Positions 1-13,263 of a DNA stretch of 64,000 bases are shown in pieces. Made by a program: the position numbers and the translations under genes. The stretch covers positions 992,001 to 1,056,000 of the forward strand of contig JAUFOQ010000001.1 in NCBI GenBank assembly GCA_040285855.1, in the 5' to 3' direction. Each line of letters opens with the position of its first letter. Position 1 is the stretch's first letter. The notes under the pieces are model-generated. The model made no database searches, had not been told where the DNA came from, and worked only from the letters and a program-made list of their open reading frames with translations. This DNA comes from Eukaryota sp. GEM-RC1 (taxonomy: Eukaryota).

Positions 1-3000
1 AGTTGATGGTTCAATCAAATTATATGCTACGTTGGACCCCGAGCTCTATCAAATATCTGGATCGATTGTCCATCAATCAGAAGAAATTGATGACGTCATG
101 GTCTCTATCAAATTTTCCAGTATAGCTACCACTTCTGATCAAAACGGAGTTTTCCATTTTTCTGATGTTCGTTTCGGAACTTACACCCTGGTTTTTACCC
201 ATGATTTATATCAAACAAAAGAAGTTTATATATCCGTTTCCAATGATGACAATCTTGGAACCTTTGAACTTGATTCAAAACTATTCAATTTAAAAATTGT
301 TGTTTTTGATAGTGAATCTGACAAGTTTTTGAGACAAACTTCTGTAGTTCTTGAGTCAACTGAAGGTTCTATTGTAAACGTCATTTTCACTGATGATCGA
401 GGAATTTCATTATTCAATAATCTAACTATTGGACATTATTCAGTTATAGTGGAAAAAGATGGTTATTTTACTGTTAATTCCAATATTCTAATTAATGATG
501 ACGTGACCCTGGATATTGCTCTAGATCCATTCTTTTTTCACTTTCTGGAACAGTTTATTACCAAGAATCCAAAGTTAATGATGTATCAGTAGCTATTGAT
601 GAAACTGTGTTTTCTACTTTTACTAATGGTGAAGGGCAGTTTAACTTCCCACAATTACGTCAGGATAATTATACTTTAACTTTTTCCCACTCCGATTATG
701 AAACTTTTGAACAAGATGTAGAATTGAGGTCAGATGTTACTCTTGAAAATATATATCTTGATTCCAAACCATTTGTCGTAAAAGTTTATGTTTATGATAA
801 TACTTCAATGACCTTGCTATCTGGTGCTTCTGTCAAACTGGAAACAATCTAATGATATTGTTCAAGAATTGGTTACTGGTAGGAAAGGTGTTGTTGAATT
901 CGAAGACGTGTTTTTAGGATCTTATGAAGTGGAAGTTGAAGTTTTGGGCTTTCACACTTATTCTAATGCCGTTTTAGTTGATGGTTCAATCAAATTATAT
1001 GCTACGTTGGACCCCGAGCTCTATCAAATATCTGGATCGATTGTCCATCAATCAGAAGAAATTGATGACGTCATGGTCTCTATCAAATTTTCCAGTATAG
1101 CTACCACTTCTGATCAAAACGGAGTTTTCCATTTTTCTGATGTTCGTTTCGGAACTTACACCCTGGTTTTTACCCATGATTTATATCAAACAAAAGAAGT
1201 TTATATATCCGTTTCCAATGATGACAATCTTGGAACCTTTGAACTTGATTCAAAACTATTCAATTTAAAAATTGTTGTTTTTGATAGTGAATCTGACAAG
1301 TTTTTGAGACAAACTTCTGTAGTTCTTGGAGTCAACTGAAGGTTCTATTGTAAACGTCATTTTCACTGATGATCGAGGAATTTCATTATTCAATAATCTA
1401 ACTATTGGACATTATTCAGTTATAGTGGAAAAAGATGGTTATTTTACTGTTAATTCCAATATTCTAATTAATGATGACGTGACCCTGGATATTGCTCTAG
1501 ATCCATTCTTTTTTTCACTTTCTGGAACAGTTTATTACCAAGAATCCAAAGTTAATGATGTATCAGTAGCTATTGATGAAACTGTGTTTTCTACTTTTAC
1601 TAATGGTGAAGGGCAGTTTAACTTCCCACAATTACGTCAGGATAATTATACTTTAACTTTTTCCCACTCCGATTATGAAACTTTTGAACAAACTGTAGAA
1701 TTGAGGTCTGATGTTACTCTTGAAAATATCTATCTTGATTCCAAACCATTTGTCGTAAAAGTTTATGTTTATGATAATACTTCAATGACCTTGCTATCTG
1801 GTGCTTCTGTGAAATTGAAACAATCTAATGATATTGTTCAAGAATTTCTTACTAATAGGAAAGGTGTTGTTGAATTCGAAGAGGTGTTTTTAGGATCTTA
1901 TGACGTGGAAGTTGAAGTTTTGGGCTTTCACACTTATTCTAAAACCGTTTTAGTTTATGGTTCTATCAAAGTATATGCTACGTTGGATCCTGAGCTCTGT
2001 CATATATCTGGATCGATTGTCCATCAATCAGAAGAAATTGATGACGTCATGGTCTCTATCAAATTTTCCAGTATAGCTACCACTTCTGATCAACACGGTG
2101 TTTTCCATTTTTCTGATATTCGTTTCGGAACTTACACTCTGGTTTTTACTCATGATTTATATCAAACAAAAGAAGTTTCTATATCCGTTTCCAATGATGA
2201 CAATCTTGGAGCCTTTGAACTGGATTCAAAACTATTCAATTTAAAAATTGTTGTTTTTGATAGCGAATCTGACAAGTTCTTGAGACAAATTTCTGTAGTT
2301 CTTGAGTCAACTGAAGGTTCTAACGTAAACGTCATTTTCACTGACGATCGAGGAATTTCATTATTCAATAATCTAACTATTGGAGATTATTCAGTTATAG
2401 TGGAAAAAGATGGTTATTTTACTGTTAATTCCAATATTCTAATTAATGATGACGTGACCAAGGATATTGCTCTACATCCATTCTTTTTTTCACTTTCTGG
2501 CACTGTTTATTACCAAGACTCCAAAATTGCTGATGTATCGGTAGCTATTGATGAAACTGTGTTTTCTACTTTTACTTATGGTGAAGGGCAGTTTAACTTC
2601 CCACAATTACGTCATGATAATTATACTTTAACTTTTTCCCACTCCAATTATGAAACTTTTGAACAAGCTGTAGAATTGAGGTCAGATGTTACCCTTGAAA
2701 ATATCTATCTTGATTCAAAACCATTTGTCGTAAAAGTTTATGTTTATGATAATACTTCAATGACCTTGCTATCTGGTGCTTCTGTGAAATTGAAACAATC
2801 TAATGATATTGTTCAAGAATTTCTTACTAATAGGAAAGGTGTTGTTGAATTCGAAGAGGTGTTTTTAGGATCTTATGACGTAGAAGTTGAAGTTTTGGGC
2901 TTTCACACTTATTCTAATGCCGTTCTAGTTTATGGTGCTATCAAAGTATATGCTACGTTAGATCCTGAGCTCTATCATATATCTGGATCGATTGTCCATC

Positions 3001-5815
3001 AATCAGAAGAAATTGATGACGTCATGGTCTATATCAAATATTCAAGTGTCGTCACCACTTCTGATCAACACGGAGTTTTCCATTTTTCTGATATTCGTTA
3101 TGGAACTTACACTCTGGTTTTTACTCATGATTTATATCAAACCAAAGAAGTTTCTATATTTGTTTCTAATGATGACAATCTTGGAACCTTTGAACTTGAT
3201 TCAAAACTATTCAATTTAAAAATTGTTGTTTTTGATAGTGAATCTGACAAGTTTTTGAGACAAACTTCTGTAGTTCTTGAGTCAACTGAAGGTTCTATTG
3301 TAAACGTCATTTTCACTGATGATCGAGGAATTTCATTATTCAATAATCTAACTATTGGAGATTATTCAGTTATAGTAGAAAAAGATGGTTATTTTACTGT
3401 TAATTCCAATATTTTAATTCATGATGACGTGACCCTGGATATTGCTCTAGATCCATTCTTTTTTTCACTTTCTGGAACAGTTTATTACCAAGAATCCAAA
3501 GTCATTGATGTATCAGTAGCTATTGATGAAACTGTGTTTTCTACTTTTACTAATGGTGAAGGGCAGTTTAACTTCCCACAATTACGTCAGGATAATTATA
3601 CTTTAACTTTTTCCCACTCCGATTATGAAACTTTTGAACAAACTGTAGAATTGAGGTCTGATGTTACTCTTGAAAATATCTATCTTGATTCCAAACCATT
3701 TGTCGTAAAAGTTTATGTTTATGATAATACTTCAATGACCTTGCTATCTGGTGCTTCTGTGAAACTGAAACAATCTAATGATATTGTTCAAGAATTTCTT
3801 ACTCATAGGAAAGGTGTTGTTGAATTCGACGACGTGTTTTTAGGATCTTATGACATAGAAGTTGAAGTTTTGGGCTTTCACACTTATTCTAAAACCGTTT
3901 TAGTTTATGGTGCTATCAAAGTATATGCTACGTTAGATCCTGAGCTCTATCATATATCTGGATCGATTGTCCATCAATCAGAAGAAATTGATGACGTCAT
4001 GGTCTCTATCAAATATTCAAGTGTCGTCACCACTTCTGATCAACACGGAGTTTTCCATTTTTCTGATATTCGTTATGGAACTTACACTCTGGTTTTTACT
4101 CATGATTTATATCAAACCAAAGAAGTTTCTATATTTGTTTCTAATGATGACAATCTTGGAACCTTTGAACTTGATTCAAAACTATTCAATTTAAAAATTG
4201 TTGTTTTTGATAGTGAATCTGACAAGTTTTTGAGACAAACTTCTGTAGTTCTTGAGTCAACTGAAGGTTCTATTGTAAACGTCATTTTCACTGATGATCG
4301 AGGAATTTCATTATTCAATAATCTAACTATTGGAGATTATTCAGTTATAGTAGAAAAAGATGGTTATTTTACTGTTAATTCCAATATTTTAATTCATGAT
4401 GACGTGACCCTGGATATTGCTCTAGATCCATTCTTTTTTTCACTTTCTGGAACAGTTTATTACCAAGAATCCAAAGTCATTGATGTATCAGTAGCTATTG
4501 ATGAAACTGTGTTTTCTACTTTTACTAATGGTGAAGGGCAGTTTAACTTCCCACAATTACGTCAGGATAATTATACTTTAACTTTTTCCCACTCCGATTA
4601 TGAAACTTTTGAACAAACTGTAGAATTGAGGTCTGATGTTACTCTTGAAAATATCTATCTTGATTCCAAACCATTTGTCGTAAAAGTTTATGTTTATGAT
4701 AATACTTCAATGACCTTGCTATCTGGTGCTTCTGTGAAACTGAAACAATCTAATGATATTGTTCAAGAATTTCTTACTCATAGGAAAGGTGTTGTTGAAT
4801 TCGACGACGTGTTTTTAGGATCTTATGACATAGAAGTTGAAGTTTTGGGCTTTCACACTTATTCTAAAACCGTTTTAGTTTATGGTGCTATCAAAGTATA
4901 TGCTACGTTAGATCCTGAGCTCTATCAAATATCTGGATCGATTGTCCATCAATCAGAAGAAATTGATGACGTCATGGTCTCTATCAAATTTTCCAGTATA
5001 GCTACCACTTCTGATCAAAACGGAGTTTTCCATTTTTCTGATATTCGTTATGGAACTTACACCCTGGTTTTTACCCATGATTTATATCAAACAAAAGAAG
5101 TTTATATATCCGTTTCCAATGATGACAATCTTGGAACCTTTGAACTTGATTCAAAACTATTCAATTTAAAAATTGTTGTTTTTGATAGTGAATCTGACAA
5201 GTTTTTGAGACAAACTTCTGTAGTTCTTGGAGTCAACTGAAGGTTCTATTGTAAACGTCATTTTCACTGATGATCGAGGAATTTCATTATTCAATAATCT
5301 AACTATTGGACATTATTCAGTTATAGTGGAAAAAGATGGTTATTTTACTGTTAATTCCAATATTCTAATTAATGATGACGTGACCCTGGATATTGCTCTA
5401 GATCCATTCTTTTTTTCACTTTCTGGAACAGTTTATTACCAAGAATCCAAAGTCAATGATGTATCAGTAGCTATTGATGAAACTGTGTTTTCTACTTTTA
5501 CTAATGGTGAAGGGCAGTTTAACTTCCCACAATTACGTCAGGATAATTATACTTTAACTTTTTCCCACTCCGATTATGAAACTTTTGAACAAACTGTAGA
5601 ATTGAGGTCTGATGTAATTGTTCAAAATATCTATCTTGACTCCAAACCATTTGTCGTAAAAGTTTATGTTTATGATAATACTTCAATGACCTTGCTATCT
5701 GGTGCTTCTGTGAAACTGAAACAATCTAATGTTATTGTTCAAGAATTGGTTACTAATAGGAAAGGTGTTGTTGAATTCGAAGACGTGTTTTTAGGATCTT
5801 ATGACGTAGAAGTTC
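1..5815 (+). repeat. Tandem coding repeat, period 975 bp, about 6 units visible
   Basis: The LDPEL anchor recurs at 32, 1007, 1983, 2958, 3933 and 4908; homology stops near 5815. Confidence 0.97.
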
Positions 5816-6366
5816 AGGAAGATAACTACAATACCGTAATTTTTGACATTATAGTTTCAGGAGCTTCTACTTACAAAGCGGAGTTGTACCTGAAAACAGT
5901 TGATCTTTATGGTCGAGTATTGAACTCTGATGGTGTCCGATTTGGTGGTGTTGAGGTCAGTCTGGGTAACGTTGTTTACGATGTAACAAATGATAACGGT
6001 GATTTCGAGTTACTTAGAGTGCCCTACGGACAACATCAATTGTCTTTTTACTATGCAGATTATCAGTCTAAACAAGTTTTAGTGACTGTAAATGGGGAAA
6101 CTGCTTCTAATCTTCATGATTTCACACTCACTCCGATATCTTTCCTATTGAGTGGTTTTGTGATTGATAGCGAAGGAAACGTTTTGGAAAGTGTTGAAGT
6201 TAATACTGGTTTAAAACACACCTTGACTAATGCACAAGGATATTTCAGTATGGTACTACCCGAAGGAACTTATGACGTTACCTTTAATCATCAGGGAAAT
6301 AGTAATCAGAAGACTGGTGTATTGTTTGAAGACAATTTTACGATTTTACACCAGTTTTCTATTTAA
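1..6366 (+). CDS. 5'-partial giant repeat protein made of ~80-aa carboxypeptidase-regulatory-like/CnaB/PEGA-type beta-sandwich domains; split by 1-nt indels near 535, 841, 1329, 5229
   Basis: ORFs 32-592, 607-852, 824-1339, 1326-5240 and 5227-6366 are successive pieces of one 325-aa repeat. Each repeat holds four modules with a V.L....T(D/N)..G.F.F..(L/V)..G.Y.(L/V)....(G/D)Y pattern. Two divergent terminal modules end at TAA 6366. Confidence 0.8.
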
Positions 6367-8129
6367 TTTTTGTTTATAGTAGAGAAATGGTAAATTGACA
6401 GCTTACCACACTATTTTAGTAAAAGTACACAATACAGAATTTTATTATTAGATCTTTATTACAATGACGTTTACATCGTCACCACACTCGTCTAATTTTT
6501 CCAGTAAAAAGGTGAACGACAGATGGGTCACCCATTGTCTTTTTTTTAATACTGACAAACAGTAACATGAAAACTGTTTTTGAGGCCACTGACTTCGATG
6601 AACAAAAAATACTTATGTGTCACTTAGCTGTTTTGTAATCCCTATAGGAAACTCCCTCATCTCGTCAAACGGACGATGTTGGATGGACAGTGGATCAACA
6701 GGACTGTGTAGGAGTGTATAATGAATTGGAGTCAGTTGACTTGTTTAAAATAGAGTGTCATAACTACCATCATCCTTTGAAGCAGCAGTTTGTGCTTCAT
6801 ATACTTCACTAATGGGTAGACAGAAATAAGCTAAATGCTATTGCTGAACCCTTTTCCCGTGATTGAAGATGTTTTTGTTGCATTTTGTGGTCAAACTTTA
6901 CAACGTGGTCAGTCTGAGTCAATAACGTTAAATACTGAGTAAAATTTGATTCAACTTTTGTCACTTTCAAATGTTTCTTTTGATGATTTTATTGGTCCAA
7001 TTTATTGAATATATCGGTACAATGCTAAGTATTGGTTAGGCCCAAAATTTCGTAACAATACTATTGTTGCCAGTCCCTGTGTCAGGATATGTATTGGTTT
7101 CGAATGGATCAACAAATCTTAGACTTGCTGATTTTGTCATCGCTTTGCTTTGTGATCCTTCTAATGTGCGGGAGGTTACCCAAAAAGAATCAATTGAACC
7201 AGAACACATGCTCTAACAAATATATGTCGGTAAAGCTCTTCGTGGTGTTATTGGTAGTGTTATTGGTAGGGCTCTTCAAATTGAATTGCCGATACATATT
7301 TCCCAATATTGATTGTTTGAAGAAAAACCGATACCTTATACAATATATATTGGCCATAGTGATTAATATGGATGTTTGGGTATTGTGGCTGCAAACATCT
7401 ACGGAACACTGTATGAGTGTCTGTCAGCTACACATTAATTGAACTTTTTAGCACAGTCATGGTTGAGTTTACAAGCTACTTTATGAAAAAATCCGTCAAA
7501 CCAATAGACGAATTATGTTGCTCAAACTCTTTACTTCTGTAACTTACTCATACTATCTTTATGACTGACAATCAAACAATCCGTCTCACCTTTTATACCC
7601 TTAACTCCACGTCTCGCGACAATACTGAAAAATGGGAGTGTGTTTTGGGGAACGTCACCGTTTGAAATGGGAGACAATCCTTTCATTTTGTCTCAATAAC
7701 CAGAAAGTCAGGCAGGAGAGAAATGAACGTTTTCCAAACGAGCATCCCTGACATTACAGACCAGACGAACTGCCAATAGAATATCTAATAACTTATTGGA
7801 TATTATTCAACGTTTTGATGTGATAATTCATGATTTCTACATTCTGTTTGTTCCAGAGCTTCGATCTTCAATAAATATAAAAGATACACAGAGTATTACT
7901 GAGGGTAACAATCAAATCAATAGATTCCTATTTATAATAAGGGATAAACATGAAGAAAGCAAAAATAGATCAAGATTTTATATTTCAATAATAGTAAAAT
8001 TTTTGAACAACTCTCACATCATAATCGCAAGTATACAATCAACAAAAAAACAAGTTGTTTTGAACATTTGATAAAATGATAACACACAGACCTCAATTTA
8101 ATTAATTTCCTGGATACTGATTGGTGTAA

Positions 8130-9875
8130 CTAGTTTTCTAAAAATGCAATCTTTCCATGAGAAATTCTTTTACAGTTTGCTTTGGTACGATGATTGACAG
8201 GATTATTCCCTACATTAATAAACTCAATTGTAAAATTGAACTTTAATACTTTTGAAAGTGCTGACGCCCCATCATTTCCAACAGAATTGCCCCAAAGATC
8301 AATTCTTGAAATTCTAGTATTCAATTTTAATAATTCAGATATTGATTTGCACTTAAATTACCAAAAGAATTACCTCCGAAATCTAGTCTTCTAATGTTTG
8401 AAGAAGAATTATGCCCAATACAATCGATAATTCTCAAGAAATCTGAATCAGAGAAATTACAGTAAGATAAATTAAGATAAATCAGTGAAGTACTGGTCTT
8501 GATTAAGTCACAAAACAATTCAAAGGCTTCGTTAGTAAAACTACATCCTTGAATACTAAGATCCTTAGTATTAAGAGAACGTAAAATGGAGACGTTCTCA
8601 GCAGTTATTTCAGTGTAGTTTTGTGGTGAAAAGGAGAAAGTGCCAGATTTTGTGTCAATAAAGTGAGGCAAAATATCAACGTGTACCAATGAACTATTGA
8701 TGGAAAGAAGTTGAAAAAGTGCTACAATACCTTCAAAACTTGGGTTGGTAATTCCATCACAGCCTGTTGAACGGGAAAACGTGACTTTAAAGCCTTTAAC
8801 AGTAACACTAAGTCAGCGTCTTTAATAGTGTAAGCATAGTTAATTGTACCACGCGAAACATCAAAAGAATGAGGGAAAACATTGAGGTCGATAATTGATT
8901 TGTTAAGCGAATAAATTTCAAATAAAGCAATAAGTCCTTCAAGATTTGGACTTCTCAATCCCAGGCAATCAACACGTTTAATAGGGACATTTGATTTCAA
9001 AGCATCTAACAGTAGTATTAAATCGATGTTGTTAATTCTACTATCATAAATAATAGTAACATGATCAAAATCAATAGAATCAGGGTACGTTCGTATAGTT
9101 GGAGGTGAACAGTGAGTGTAAAACTGTTTGATGATAGTTGGTAAAGATGGAGGTCTGAGCCATTGAGATTAATAGAACGAATAGAAGATGAACTACTGAG
9201 AGCTTCAATTAAATTACAAAAATCGTTGTCAGTTAAACGAATCCTACTGAAATCAACAGCGATCAATAAACGATTCATTTTTACTGAATGACATAAATCA
9301 GTTATTGTTGTGCCGGAAAAATCACAATTCTTAAAAGTAAGCGACTTGATGATAAAACACTTCAAAAACAATGACAGAATTGAGACTTCTTTGGCCGTCA
9401 ATGAGCCACGTGGCTCAGGAGAGATACAAAACACTCCATTTTCAATATCTACACGATCGGTACTCTTATAAAGAGCGATAACCATTTTTTTAATACAAAT
9501 GATATTTAATAGAGTGAAAAAGTCTTCAAAACTAAGAGTTCTAAAACTACGAGGAAACACTAGATTACTAAGGTTAAACGTGTTTAGAAGACGGACAAGA
9601 ACACGTGAATATGTTAAAATAAGACCTGACAAATCTAACGATTTAAGTGTAGTATTATTCATTAAAGCAGTAAAAAGAAGCAGTGACTGTTCTTCTCTAA
9701 TATATGACCGAGAATTAGAAGAATTTGAGCGGAGATTAATCTTTCTAAAGGAATGAATTGAACGAAAGACTTCTGTTAGAGCAATCACACGAGCAGGTGT
9801 AAAACCTGAAACACTAATACTTAATTCAACAATATTGTTGCTCAACAATAAGGTTTCACAAAAGGTAGTTAACAT
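8130..9875 (-). CDS. RNI-like leucine-rich repeat protein, fragmented (frameshifts; gene or pseudogene)
   Basis: Collinear minus-strand ORFs 9018-9875, 8722-9000, 8327-8689 and 8130-8324 carry LRR motifs (TLKSLDLSG, SIRSINLNG, LIYLNLSYCNFSD, IDLWGNSVGNDGASAL). Confidence 0.75.
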
Positions 9876-10970
9876 AGACTCAGACTCTAAAGACTACATA
9901 CACCGCACACAACTCTCTCATCATGTCTTTTTGCCCTCCCCGTTTTCCTAATATAACCGCATCTACTGAGGTCTCTAATGAGAATGTTGCTGTTTGTGAT
10001 GGCTCTCCTTTCATAATTAGATCATCAGATGATCACTTCTATTCTTGATTATTGCAGTGATATTGAACTTACAATGACCCATTTCTTGCCAACCCATTTG
10101 TTGTATCTGATCACAATGCTGAAACAATCAATGACACTACTGCTCCTGCTGAGAATTCCGCTATGTACCATCCACATTGTAATGCTGTTCTAGGTTCTAG
10201 ATAATGTTACATTTCCTGATACTGCTGAATTTTGGACATAATGTACTGATGATATGTGCGAATTAAATGAAAAATTGTATAGTGATGCTCATATGGTTGT
10301 TCTGAAGTATTTATGGAACGCACCAGAAAATAAAAGGATAAACTAGTTTATGCTACATGGACTGTCTATATTGGTTTACGTCACACACAAAATGAGAAAA
10401 ACAATTGTCCCTTCTATTTGATTTACAGAATTAGAAGACAGAATAACACTCTTCAGCACAATCATGAGCTAATAGAAGAATAAGCTGTTATGGCTTCATT
10501 TCGTGCAAAACAGGTAGATGGTGAACTAGCATCCCATGCGAAGAAGAGATCGAGAAACTGATTATCGAAATGATGAACCAAGTTAATGGAGAAGACGAAG
10601 AGCTCAAAAGTATAACATGCAAAGCCTTACGAGGAAGAGCAAAAGGCGTGATTAAAGGAACCAGAGTATATCCCCTCTTCAAAGCGCAAGAGGAGATAGA
10701 AAGAAAGAGTGGATAGCATTTCTTTAGTTAATAAACCAATATGTGTTTGATATGAAACAGGGAAGAATGATGCAAGAGAAATCAGCTTGGGACACGACAT
10801 AAACAAGAATGTCGTGTGAATAGTAAAATGACGTGCGGTGTATATATATAGTCTATCCCCAGTGAACTTCATTGTTGTGGATTCACTATTATAACTACTT
10901 TTCCACTATTATAACCACAGATACACTACTACCTGAAATGCATCAGTTCCTTTGACTTTTTTCTTCTCAC

Positions 10971-11845
10971 ATGACTGGTCATTCTCAGCCCACTACTTCA
11001 CAAAACCAACCTCCTTCCAACCCTCTTTCGTTTTTAATCCGTCCACAAAGCCAAACATCCGTTGCTTGTCAACAACATCGAACTAAACTTCTTCAGTACT
11101 TCCGTGAACGCCGCTTTCATTATCTCAATGTCTGTATACAGAGGGGACTTTCGATATTTCCCATGCATGAGGTATACGCGCTGCTTAGGAATCGCATTCA
11201 GCCTCATGTCACTTCTGTAATATTACGTGGCATTTGGTTGACTGTAACGGATCAGAGCAATGCCTTGCACCTAATATCCAGTCTCAACAACATCTTATCC
11301 CCCGACTATCCTGGGCAAAACCATGATATTTAGAGGGTACAGAACGACAGGTTTCCTGGCTATTTCGGTCAAAGAATTTTGTATGACTTTATCGACCCTC
11401 AAATGATAAGTCTCGCTATATGGTGGGGCCTTTTCCTCTTTCTCACAATTTCATTTTTTTGATTTCAATGCACAAGATGGAAGATTTTCCTTATGTCTGT
11501 CAATTTATGAACGGCTTCCTTACCGAAATTACGCTTGATGCAGACCATTTCACAACACCTCCCCACCCCAATGTACGAGAGATTATTGCAGATCTTTATA
11601 ATACTCATGTGTGTAATAAGACTATATATGATGGAAACCCTCTATCTGCTGATAATTACTCAGGTCATTCTCTTGTTCCTCGTTCTTCGTCTCACTCGTC
11701 ATTAACTGTCAACAACATATTTGTTCAAAATATTAATATTTCAATTAAGGATTTATTTCCTACTGGTTTCTCTACTTCTCGCTCACCTAGTAATGCTGCT
11801 TCTACTGGTTGTCTTCCTCCTGCAAAGAAGAAGAAGTCCATGTAG
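10971..11845 (+). pseudogene. Hypothetical interrupted protein ending in a basic NLS-like motif (PPAKKKKSM)
   Basis: Two collinear ORFs (10971-11333, 11420-11845); the frame stays open after TAG 11333; no recognisable family. Confidence 0.3.
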
Positions 11846-12539
11846 AAGATTTGAGATACATTTGTTAAATTATACTGTATTTGGAAACAATAGATTAAAT
11901 TTGTTTATTTGTTTAATGAATCCATCATTGTTATTTTGAGAACAATCAGATGTAGCTTATTGTAAGTTTAAACAAACAACAATATTGACACAACAAGAAG
12001 GCAGTCTTTAAGTTACAGTACCAAAAAAGCACAACGGCGGTTTTCAGATCATAGAAAAACGTTAATTAAACATATTAGTACATGACTTAGAAATTGTAAA
12101 TATTGATCAGAACTGGAAAGACGCGCTTTTCTGTGTATTTGTGTTTTCACTGAGTTTTTTCCTTTTTGAAAAAACAAGATTCATGATCAATACAGTGATA
12201 ATATTGCTTTCAGAGAAAACGGTCTATAGCAGCTACTGTATATGGACCTACGCTTTCAAGAGTATGTCGATAAGTAGAATTTCACGCTATATAGTATATA
12301 CATACCTGAAAAACACACTCTTGTTCTAATTTCCAGATTTTGTATTTATTGTAGTTTTTATAAGTTAACTTAGTACTTTCTATCATGAAAAGGCTTCCGA
12401 GAGGTTCACGTGCACAGAGTGTTGTTTTAATTACAACGAGTTTTACCTTCTAACAATGACTCAACTTAAAGTAAAACGTAACACAAATGGATTTTCTATT
12501 TGTATGAAATACTACTAGAATAGAGATAAATAAATGATC

Positions 12540-12830
12540 ATAATCCAAGGATCGAGAAGTAGATCATGTGGAGGGAACGATGTTGGAAGTCCCACAGACA
12601 TTGGAGTCTGAATGACTGGACACGTGACAACCAATAGAAGATGCCATTGGAAAGCACGATGTACTAGTAGTAGAGTTCACGATACAGAAGTACAACCATG
12701 TTTATGATTCCTAAAGCAAACTTGAAGAAGATCAACATTGGAGATGTACAAATAGAAGAACCAAGGTCTGGAAACACATTTAATACAGTTACTAGTCTGG
12801 AACTCCATCACTAATAATAATAAAATAGAT
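12540..12830 (+). repeat. Dispersed repeat upstream of BTB-SPRY copy 1 (homologous to 43119-43380 and 15520-15695)
   Basis: TAATCCAAGGATCGAGAAGTAGATCA and CTAGTAGTAGAGTTC...GAGATGTACAAATAGAAGAACCAAG...TTACTAGTCTGGAACTCCAT are shared between copies. Confidence 0.9.
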
Positions 12831-13263
12831 ATTATGGATTTCACTACTTTTGATCCCTGTAATTGTAGTTCAGTCTCTAACATTCTAGATCAAAATTAGT
12901 CACATCTCAAGACTGCGGAAAATGGTAAGTACACAAAATATGGTGACTCAATTATTAGGCTGAATGCTGATATATATAATTGTTTTGTTTTTCAGGCTTT
13001 TGATATGTCACTTTGCGGTAATATTGGTCCTTCAGGTCAACAGTTTTGAAACTCTTTTGGAAAATTGTAGCTATGAATAAACTGAAGTAGAAGGTAAGTG
13101 TTAGTATCAGCCAAGGATGAAGTTTACACTGCAAACTCGGTTTATGAAACAGGTGAACATGATTAGACACAAAACAAGTGTTGCGGCCAGGCAAGCATGG
13201 AGTCAGCTGAGGATATCAGGAGTCTTAGTAAGTAGTATGATTTCCATCTACAGTAGTCTTCAC

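Noticed and set aside
226..4318. Recurrent small ORFs (MNNEIPRSS..., MSINQKKLM...)
   Set aside because: Antisense or alternate-frame shadows of the 975-bp coding repeat.
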